Source: an uncultured Gemmatimonas sp.
GTDB taxonomy: Bacteria; Gemmatimonadota; Gemmatimonadetes; Gemmatimonadales; Gemmatimonadaceae
Direction: 5' to 3'
Assembly (NCBI GenBank): GCA_964445835.1
Contig: CAYUMN010000001.1
Span: 1 to 57,381 of the forward strand
DNA length: 57,381 nt
Within the stretch, counting starts at the first letter, position 1; each line of letters starts with the position of its first letter. Shown in pieces: positions 18,513 through 25,715 of the stretch. A model generated the notes under the pieces. It saw only the letters and a program-made list of their open reading frames with translations. It was not told where the DNA came from and searched no databases. A program made the position numbers and the translations under genes.

Positions 18513-19837
18513 TCGGCGGCGGAACCCTCAAGGACACGGTGCGCCTCGCGGCCGGCGTCTCCACGCTGATCACGGCCGTGGTCGGTGGCGTCTACCTCGC
18601 GTGGCGCATTCTCGGGCAGACCGAGAGCCTGATGTACATGGGCACCTTCCTGCTCAGCATCATGGTGCTGATGGGATTGGTGGTACGGTATCTCTCCTTC
18701 ATGTGGCTGGGCTATCTGCATCAGGTGGAGCAGACGGCACGGACCGATGCGGTGGGGCAGGTCACCTGGCCTCCGGTGACGATCATTGTGCCGGCGTATA
18801 ATGAGGGCCCGGTGATCGTGCCGGCCATCCGCAGCCTGTTGCAGATCGACTACCCCGCGTACGAGATCCTCGTCGTGGACGATGGGTCGACCGACGACAC
18901 GGCCGAACGGGTCGCGCCGCTGGAAGGACGGCATGGCGACGTCACCGTGCGATTGGTGAGCAAGCTGAATGGCGGAAAGGCGGCCGCGCTCAATACCGGA
19001 ATCGCGCTCGCGCGGCACGACTTTGTGCTGTGTATGGATGGCGACTCCAAGCTCGAGCCGCAGGTCCTCCGCGTCTCGATGCCGCACTTCGCAAAGGACC
19101 ACGTGGCGGCGGTGGCCGGGAACGTGAAGGTGATCAATCGCGATTCGCATCTCGCCCGCTTTCAGGCGCTCGAGTACATCGAAGGGTTGAACATGGCGCG
19201 GCGCGCGCAGGGATTCGTGCGCGTCGTGAACATCATCCCAGGGCCGATCGGGGTCTTCCGGCGGCGGGTGTTGCAGGAGGTCGGCGGCTATGACCGCGAC
19301 ACCTACGCCGAGGACGCGGATCTGACGCTCAAGATCCTTTCGTCCGGCTACCATATCGTGTACGAGGACCGAGCGGTCGCGTGGACCGAGGCCCCCGAAA
19401 CGATCAATGACCTGATCAAGCAGCGGTATCGCTGGACGCGAGGGATCCTCCAGGCGGTGCGGAAGCGCAAGTTGGCGCTGTTGAATCCCGTGTCGCTCTG
19501 GGTCTGGCTCTCCCTCATGATGATGATCTTCGAGGGGATCGTGATGCCGGCGGCGAACATCATCGTGAACGGGATGTTCACGGTGACGGCGCTGGCCACT
19601 GGCGAGTTGGGGGCCTTCATCGTCTGGTGGTTCCTCCTGTTCAACTTGCTCGACCTGATCGCGGCGATGTACTGTGTATCAGGCGAGCAAGAGGAACTCC
19701 GGCTTGTGCCGTACGCGCTCCTGATGCGGTTCTTCTACTTCCCGCTCATCGACGTCACGAAGCTCATGGCTACGGTAGATGAGTTGCAGAACGTCGAGAT
19801 GAACTGGGGCAAACTTCAGCGGCAGGGACGCCTGTGA
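18509..19837 (+). CDS. Processive GT2 synthase, PgaC/IcaA-like
   Basis: PAYNE, DDGSTD, NGGKAAALN, MDGD, AEDADLT, QRYRW; two N-terminal and several C-terminal TM helices; ATGA overlap. Confidence 0.9.
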   Translation: MIGGGTLKDTVRLAAGVSTLITAVVGGVYLAWRILGQTESLMYMGTFLLSIMVLMGLVVRYLSFMWLGYLHQVEQTARTDAVGQVTWPPVTIIVPAYNEGPVIVPAIRSLLQIDYPAYEILVVDDGSTDDTAERVAPLEGRHGDVTVRLVSKLNGGKAAALNTGIALARHDFVLCMDGDSKLEPQVLRVSMPHFAKDHVAAVAGNVKVINRDSHLARFQALEYIEGLNMARRAQGFVRVVNIIPGPIGVFRRRVLQEVGGYDRDTYAEDADLTLKILSSGYHIVYEDRAVAWTEAPETINDLIKQRYRWTRGILQAVRKRKLALLNPVSLWVWLSLMMMIFEGIVMPAANIIVNGMFTVTALATGELGAFIVWWFLLFNLLDLIAAMYCVSGEQEELRLVPYALLMRFFYFPLIDVTKLMATVDELQNVEMNWGKLQRQGRL

Positions 19838-20106
19838 CCGTCGGCACGATTCTCGCGCTCGTCATCCTGATCTCCTTCATGGTGACGTTGATTCTCGCCA
19901 TCGGCAGCTACGCGGCGTACAAGATCCGCGAAACGCGCCGCCCACGCGCGATCTTCACCGCCGATACGGAATTCCAGTTCTTCGAGCGCTATATCCACAC
20001 CCAAGAGGCGCAGGCCTCGCGTGAACGCCGTGTGGCGGAGCGCGAAGCGACGGGCGAGGTGTATGACAACCTCACGACGGAGTACCGTCCGCCGACGTTG
20101 CCGTGA
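19834..20106 (+). CDS. Small single-TM membrane protein (PgaD/IcaD position)
   Basis: GTGA overlap with the GT2 stop; hydrophobic ILALVILISFMVTLILAIGSYAAY followed by a basic stretch. Confidence 0.75.
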   Translation: MTVGTILALVILISFMVTLILAIGSYAAYKIRETRRPRAIFTADTEFQFFERYIHTQEAQASRERRVAEREATGEVYDNLTTEYRPPTLP

Positions 20107-20139
20107 CATCGTTGATCGTCCTCTGACCGGAGCGACACC

Positions 20140-20304
20140 ATGAGCAAGAAGATTCCTGATTTCTCGAGCCACAAGCCGCAGTCCAAGGCGTCCGCGCCCA
20201 AGGGCAGCGACGATGCCGCGCTCAAGTCCGCGATCAAGCCGTCGCCGAAGGTAGCGAGCAAGCCGCAGGCGACCTCGGCGAAGTCGGGACGACGCGGATC
20301 GTAG
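20140..20304 (+). CDS. 54-aa Lys/Ser/Ala/Pro-rich small protein
   Basis: Below the ORF-track cutoff. GGAG RBS, then MSKKIPDFSSHKPQSKASAPKGSDDAALKSAIKPSPKVASKPQATSAKSGRRGS; all Lys codons are AAG and third positions are strongly G/C. Confidence 0.7.
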   Translation: MSKKIPDFSSHKPQSKASAPKGSDDAALKSAIKPSPKVASKPQATSAKSGRRGS

Positions 20305-20307
20305 AGA

Positions 20308-20353
20308 GGGTGCCTGCGGGTGCCTGCGGGGTGCGATCGGTGCGATCGGTGCG
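20308..20353. repeat. Adjacent short tandem duplications (GGGTGCCTGC)x2 and (GGTGCGATC)x2
   Basis: Read directly in the gap between convergent genes. Confidence 0.85.
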
Positions 20354-20378
20354 CGGGTAGCCTAGTGCCCGCGGACGC

Positions 20379-20852
20379 TCAGCCCCACATCGCCCGAATC
20401 GCAGCGGGGGCGGCCGCCAAGAGCCCGAATCGCACGAGACGTCCGCCGAGGCAGATCACCACGAATCGGCCGAATGGGAGGTGGGTCATCCCGGCGGCAA
20501 TCGATGCCAGATGAAACGGCGGAACACTGGTCAACGCGCTCAACGCGAGCACGCCGTTGCCGTACGTTGGACGCGCCGCGAGAAACGCCCTGGTGCGGTC
20601 GACATACCGCTGCGTCCACCTATGCATCACGCGGTCACTCTGGGTGCCGAGCCAGTACCACGGCATCTTGGCGGTGACGTGCGCCAGGGTGAAAACGGCC
20701 CACATGGCGACCGCGAGCTCCGCGGGCAACACCACGCCGATCGCCACTGCGAGCGCTTCGGCCATCCCAATGGGAAGAATACCGGCCCCGAATCCCGCGA
20801 GTGCCGCGGTGCCGAGTGCGAGGACGGGCGAGGAGAGGTCAAAGGTCGGCAC
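20379..20852 (-). CDS. DedA/VTT (YqaA-like) membrane protein
   Basis: Hydrophobic throughout; KMPWYWLG, SVPPFHLASIAAG, GRLVRF. Confidence 0.75.
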   Translation of the reverse strand: MPTFDLSSPVLALGTAALAGFGAGILPIGMAEALAVAIGVVLPAELAVAMWAVFTLAHVTAKMPWYWLGTQSDRVMHRWTQRYVDRTRAFLAARPTYGNGVLALSALTSVPPFHLASIAAGMTHLPFGRFVVICLGGRLVRFGLLAAAPAAIRAMWG

Positions 20853-20901
20853 ACTTGGAATCTACGAGAGGGTGGGTGGGGGGCGCGTGTAGAATTACAG
20901 T
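20853..20901. promoter_or_regulatory. 49-bp divergent promoter, probably leaderless in both directions
   Basis: Plus strand: TAGAAT (20890-20895)-N6-ATG. Minus strand: TAGATT (20864-20859)-N6-GTG. No SD can fit in either spacer. Confidence 0.6.
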
Positions 20902-22059
20902 ATGCGATTCGCGCCTTCTCTCCCCCTGCTCTTCCTCGGACTCGTCGCGTTGGGCGTCGGTTGCTCGCGGATGCCGGCGCGGGCGGACTCCGCGCCCGTC
21001 GTGTTCCCGCTCGACACGCTGTTCTACGTTTCAGCCCGTGCGCGTGAGCTTGGGCGTGATACGCCGCGACTCGCGCCGGCTCTTGAGTACGGGCTGGTGA
21101 TCACCAAGCGGTCGACGGTCGCAGATCCGACCGAGGCCCACGTGAACTTCACGGTGCTCGACACGCTCCTTGTTTCCCGCGAGGAGTTCGTGGCGCGGTT
21201 GCGCGTGCGAGTGCTGCAGGCCTCCGAGCCGGGCGCCTTTGCGGTCCTCTACACGCATGGCTACGGGACGGGACTGAGCGAGGCGTGGGAGCATAGCACC
21301 AGTTCGCGGACACGGTCGCGGAGCACGCAACCTTGGGTGGTCTTTGCGTGGCCGTCAATCGGCTCCGGGGTCGCGTGGCCCCGCGGCGGCGAACTCTTCG
21401 CGACCGCGTACCTGCAGGACTCGGCATCGGCGGTCGCGAGTCGCGGCGCGTATGCCCAAGCGATGCATGCGGTCCATGAAGCGGTCGGTGGTGGCCGGGT
21501 ACTCGCGGTCGCGCACTCGATGGGTGGTCAGCTGGTGGGCGAAACGCTCGCGCAGGATTCCACCCTTCGTGCGGTGCTGCTGGCGGATCCGCTGCGTGCA
21601 CTCGCCTTCGTCTCTCCCGATGTCGAGGCGTCCCGATTCGGCGATGTGATCGTCCCCGGGGTGCGTGCCTTGACTCGGCGCCTCCTGCTCTACGCGTCGT
21701 CGGATGATCGCGTGTTGGCGATGTCGGAGATGTACAATGACTCAGAGCGAGCGGGCCGCATCGTCGAGGCGCGCTGTGGGCCGATTGTCCGCGACGCACT
21801 GGAGACGGTCGACATGACCGCAGGCGTGTACGCGGACTCGCGGCTGATTCACGCCTTCGGGACGCGACACGCGCTTCGTCGGAAGAGTGCGGTGCTGTTC
21901 GATCTCGTACATGTCGTGGGCGAGCAACGCGAGGCGTCGTGTCGGGTGACGCTGGGAACCGGAGAGTTACTTCCGACCGGCGTATGGAAGCTGACGGCCG
22001 CCTCAATCCCGCTGGCCGACGACGTCCTGCTCTGCGCGGCCTTGCCGCCCATGAAGTAG
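20902..22059 (+). CDS. Alpha/beta hydrolase, DUF900-like, lipoprotein
   Basis: Lipobox GVGC; LYTHGY, VFAWPS, VAHSMG, SPDV, YASSDDRVL. Confidence 0.82.
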   Translation: MRFAPSLPLLFLGLVALGVGCSRMPARADSAPVVFPLDTLFYVSARARELGRDTPRLAPALEYGLVITKRSTVADPTEAHVNFTVLDTLLVSREEFVARLRVRVLQASEPGAFAVLYTHGYGTGLSEAWEHSTSSRTRSRSTQPWVVFAWPSIGSGVAWPRGGELFATAYLQDSASAVASRGAYAQAMHAVHEAVGGGRVLAVAHSMGGQLVGETLAQDSTLRAVLLADPLRALAFVSPDVEASRFGDVIVPGVRALTRRLLLYASSDDRVLAMSEMYNDSERAGRIVEARCGPIVRDALETVDMTAGVYADSRLIHAFGTRHALRRKSAVLFDLVHVVGEQREASCRVTLGTGELLPTGVWKLTAASIPLADDVLLCAALPPMK

Positions 22060-22069
22060 GGGCGCGGTC

Positions 22070-23410
22070 ATGTCCACTCCGCCTACTCCAGCCGCGGTAC
22101 CGCGCCGAGTCGTTGTCATTGGCGCCGGGGCCGCCGGCACCATGGCCGCGATCTTTGCGGCAGGCACCGGCACCGAGACGATGCTGCTTGAACGCACCAA
22201 GGATGGCGGCCGCAAGATCCTCATCAGCGGCGGGGGACGGTGCAACGTCCTCCCGCTCGAGGTAGATGAATCGCGCTTCGTGACCGATTCCTCGAAGAAC
22301 ACGATGCGCCGCATCCTGCGCTCGTGGCCGCTCCGTGAGCAGCGTCAGTTCTTTGAGGACGAGGTGGGGATTCCGCTCTCCGAGGAACCCGAGCTCAAGA
22401 AGGTCTTCCCCACCTCGCATAAGGCGCGCGACGTGCGCGATGGACTGCTCGCGCTCGCGGTGAAGCGCGGCGCGCGCGTGCACATGGAGACCCGCGTCCT
22501 CGACGTGCGTCCGTGGAATGGACGGTGGCGGATCGATATTGCCGACCGTGAACCGCTGATGGCGGACGCGGTGATTCTCGCGTGCGGCGGCCTGTCGGTG
22601 CCGAATACCGGCAGTGATGGCACGGGGCTGACGATCGCGCGCGCGCTCGGGCATGAGATGCATCCCACCTACGCGGCGCTCACGCCACTCACGGATGAGG
22701 CGGGAAGCTTTGCCGCGCTGTCGGGCATTTCGCTGCCGGTCACGCTGACCGCGCGCGGAGGTGAGCGGACCGCGGCGCATACCGGTGGGTTCCTCTTCAC
22801 GCATCAGGGCTACAGCGGTCCCGCCGTGCTGAACATTTCACACGTGGCGGTGCGCTCGCGCATCGAAGAGGGCACGCGCGCCAAAGTGCAGGTGCAGTGG
22901 ACGGCGCTCGGCGAATCGGCGTGGGAGGCGGCGCTCAAGCCGCAGGGCGCGCGCACCGTGCTCGCGGCGGTCCGTGCGCATGTGCCGGATCGGCTCGCAA
23001 CGGTGCTGCTCGTCAACGCGAATGTGGATCCCGCGCGCACGCTCGCGGAACTTCGTCGCGACGAACGGCTCCGGCTGATCGAGACGCTCGTGCGCGGCAC
23101 ACTCCCGTGGTCAGGCGACGAGGGCTACAAGAAGGCCGAGGTGATGGGGGGCGGGGTGAGTCTCGCGGAGATTGATCCGCGGACAATGGAGAGCAAACGA
23201 CATCCCGGGCTGTATCTGTGCGGCGAGATGCTCGACGTCTTCGGCCCGATCGGCGGCTACAACTTCTTCTGGTCCTGGGCAACCGGGCGCGCGGCCGGCG
23301 TGGGCGCCGGATTGGGCGCCGGCGTCGCACCGGCCGCCGCCGCCGCTGCTGCCGCCGCGGCCACACCGGCGAGCGACTTGTCGCCCGGCCTGCCGCCCGG
23401 CAACCGGTAG
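22070..23410 (+). CDS. HI0933/YhiN (BaiN-like) FAD-dependent oxidoreductase
   Basis: GAGAAG, GRKILISGGGRCN, CGGLSVPNTGSDGTG, LFTHQGYSGPAVL, GLYLCGEMLDVFGPIGGYNF. Confidence 0.92.
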   Translation: MSTPPTPAAVPRRVVVIGAGAAGTMAAIFAAGTGTETMLLERTKDGGRKILISGGGRCNVLPLEVDESRFVTDSSKNTMRRILRSWPLREQRQFFEDEVGIPLSEEPELKKVFPTSHKARDVRDGLLALAVKRGARVHMETRVLDVRPWNGRWRIDIADREPLMADAVILACGGLSVPNTGSDGTGLTIARALGHEMHPTYAALTPLTDEAGSFAALSGISLPVTLTARGGERTAAHTGGFLFTHQGYSGPAVLNISHVAVRSRIEEGTRAKVQVQWTALGESAWEAALKPQGARTVLAAVRAHVPDRLATVLLVNANVDPARTLAELRRDERLRLIETLVRGTLPWSGDEGYKKAEVMGGGVSLAEIDPRTMESKRHPGLYLCGEMLDVFGPIGGYNFFWSWATGRAAGVGAGLGAGVAPAAAAAAAAAATPASDLSPGLPPGNR

Positions 23411-23913
23411 ATCGAGACCACCGTCTCGCCGAAGTCGAGGCGCTTGGCGCCATTGGGCAACGAGTGGTGGCGCTCGTGCTCACAGACGAGGATGCGCGAG
23501 AATTTCTTCTCCTGCCACGACTTGATCACGTGGTCGAGCATCTTGGAGCCGTAGGGCGGATCGACGAACGCCAAGTCGTACGCCCCTTCGCTGAGCGCCG
23601 CGGCAAAGGGCACCGCGTCGCGCTTGAACACGCGCGACCGTTCCTTCATGCGCACCGTGACGATGTTCGCCTTGAGCGCATGCAGGCTGGCCGGGCGGGT
23701 CTCCACGAAATCGCAACGCTTTGCTCCGCGCGAGAGCGCCTCAAGGCCGAGGGCTCCGGTACCGGCGAAAAGATCGAGCATGCTGATGTCCGGCAAGTCG
23801 GGCGCGAGCGCGTCGAGGACTCCCGCACGCACGTGCTCTGCCGTCGGCCGAACGCGAAAGTCGGCCGGCGAGGTGAGGTCACGACCGGCGTACTTTCCGC
23901 CGATGATTCTCAC
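23257..23913 (-). CDS. rsmD: 16S rRNA m2G966 methyltransferase RsmD family
   Basis: GTG start with GGAG RBS; RIIGG, VRPT, LDLFAGTGALGLEALSRGA, FVDPPY; carries an Ala/Pro-rich C-terminal extension. Confidence 0.9.
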   Translation of the reverse strand: MRIIGGKYAGRDLTSPADFRVRPTAEHVRAGVLDALAPDLPDISMLDLFAGTGALGLEALSRGAKRCDFVETRPASLHALKANIVTVRMKERSRVFKRDAVPFAAALSEGAYDLAFVDPPYGSKMLDHVIKSWQEKKFSRILVCEHERHHSLPNGAKRLDFGETVVSIYRLPGGRPGDKSLAGVAAAAAAAAAAGATPAPNPAPTPAARPVAQDQKKL

Positions 23914-23965
23914 AGGCTGAGGCTCCAGGTGAATCTCATGGCTGATAGGTAACTGATTCGCTCGT

Positions 23966-25360
23966 TCAACGCACCATAATGGTGTATCCGTGCGGTGGGA
24001 GCGCCAGCGAGCCGGTGGCGCCGAGCTCGACGCTCCGCCCCGTGAAGATGTCGCGATAGGTGCCCGGCGCCGCGAAATCGCGGTAAGCATACGTCGTCGC
24101 CGTTGCCCCCATATTGACGGCGACCACCACGTGGCTTTCCCCCGTGCTACGGGTGAAGGCGTAGAGATCGGCACCCCCATCGCCGACGAGCTTGACCTGC
24201 GGGCCACCATCGGCGCCGTTCCACAGCGCCGGCGTATTGGCCTTGGCCGCGAAGATCGCGCGATAGAACGGCACGAGCGTCGTGTCCGCAAAGGAGACGG
24301 TGTCCTTCTCAAAGAAGCGGAGCCGCTTGTTGAGGCGTGCTTCTTGGCCCGTGTAGAGGAGCGGGAAGGAGTTCACGAGCGTCGAGGAGAGCACGAAGGA
24401 CGCCAAGTGGTTCTCGCCCATGCGCTCGAACTCGGTCCCCTGCCAGCTGTTCTCGTCGTGATTGCTGGTGAAGTACATCCGGTAGGCATTCGCTGGGTAC
24501 TCGGCGGCTCCCTTCGCGAGGTAGGCGTCGAGTGAGCTGACGGGCTCCTTCCCCTGGGCGATCCGGTTCAGTTGGTGATGCAAGGTCCAGCCATAGGAGG
24601 CATTGAATGCGGAGTGCATGGCGGGGCCCTCCTCCTCGGCGAGGAGGAAGAGGTCGGGGCGGACCGTGAGGAGGGCCGCGCGGGACTCGAGCCAGAAGTC
24701 GAGGGGGACGCCCCAGGCCACGTCGCAGCGGAACCCATCCACCTGCATGTCGGTGAGCCACCATTGCAGGTCGGCGATCATCGCGGCACGCATCGCGGGC
24801 TTTGAGAAGTCGAGTTCGGCGACATCGGTCCAGTCGGTCTCCTTGCCATCTCGGTCGATGGGCAGGGAGATCGTGCCGTCGGCCTTGCGCACGTACCAGT
24901 CGGGGTGCGCGGAGACCCAGGTATGGTCGTGCGCGGTGTGATTGGCGACCCAGTCGAGAATGACCTTCATGCCGAGGGCGTGGGCGGAGTCGATCACCGC
25001 CTTGAGGTCGTCCTGGGTCCCGAACTCCGGGTTCGTCGCCCGGTAGTCGGCGATGGAGTAATAGCTGCCCAGTCCTCCCTTGCGGCGTTCGACTCCAATC
25101 GGCTGCACCGGCATCAGCCACAGGATGTCCACGCCCAGGTCGTCGAGACGGGTGAGGTGGGGGAGGAGGGCGCGGAAGGTGCCTTCGGGGGTGAACTGCC
25201 GGACGTTCACTTCATATATGACGGCATCTCGGGCCCAGTCGGGCTGCACGGCGATGGGGGCCGGCGCCGAGGCGGGGGCGTCTTCCGTTCCGGCGCAGGC
25301 GGCGAGGGAGAGAATGGAGAGAAGGGAGAGGGCGGCGAGGAGACGGTGGGCGCGCGTCAT
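23966..25360 (-). CDS. GH13 alpha-amylase family lipoprotein
   Basis: Lipobox LAAC; IYEVNVRQFT, LDWVANHT, DGFRCDVA, LAEE, FTSNHDENSW. Confidence 0.92.
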   Translation of the reverse strand: MTRAHRLLAALSLLSILSLAACAGTEDAPASAPAPIAVQPDWARDAVIYEVNVRQFTPEGTFRALLPHLTRLDDLGVDILWLMPVQPIGVERRKGGLGSYYSIADYRATNPEFGTQDDLKAVIDSAHALGMKVILDWVANHTAHDHTWVSAHPDWYVRKADGTISLPIDRDGKETDWTDVAELDFSKPAMRAAMIADLQWWLTDMQVDGFRCDVAWGVPLDFWLESRAALLTVRPDLFLLAEEEGPAMHSAFNASYGWTLHHQLNRIAQGKEPVSSLDAYLAKGAAEYPANAYRMYFTSNHDENSWQGTEFERMGENHLASFVLSSTLVNSFPLLYTGQEARLNKRLRFFEKDTVSFADTTLVPFYRAIFAAKANTPALWNGADGGPQVKLVGDGGADLYAFTRSTGESHVVVAVNMGATATTYAYRDFAAPGTYRDIFTGRSVELGATGSLALPPHGYTIMVR

Positions 25361-25574
25361 GTGGGCGGGACCGGAGTGCGGAGGGGGACCTGGACTGTCA
25401 GGGAATCCTAGCCAGCGTGGGTCGCCCCGCAACGGTTCTTCGTAACGTCCTGCCCATGGTGGGGCGGCGAAGCGTCCGAACGACGGTCCCGCTGTCCAGT
25501 GGGCCTTACACAACGTGAGCTAAAGCAATGCTGGACATGGACCAAAAGTCCTAATACCAGATTGTAACTTGTTC

Positions 25575-25603
25575 TTGACAGACTCCAAACCATGCCGGAT
25601 AAT
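25575..25603 (+). promoter_or_regulatory. Sigma70-type promoter of the susC-like operon
   Basis: TTGACA (25575-25580)-N17-GATAAT (25598-25603) in an AT-enriched divergent intergenic region. Confidence 0.75.
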
Positions 25604-25715
25604 CAGGGACCTTCGAAGTCCCCCTCCCGCCTGATTTGGTCGTTGAGCGAGTTCAAGCCGACTGCCTTTTCATGACGGGGTCTCGTAGTCCCTTCATATA
25701 TCTCGGAGTTGTTCC

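Noticed and set aside
23914-24312. Long N-terminal extension of rsmD in the ORF track
   Set aside because: Overlaps the GH13 gene out of frame; the canonical RIIGG start with RBS is at 23913.
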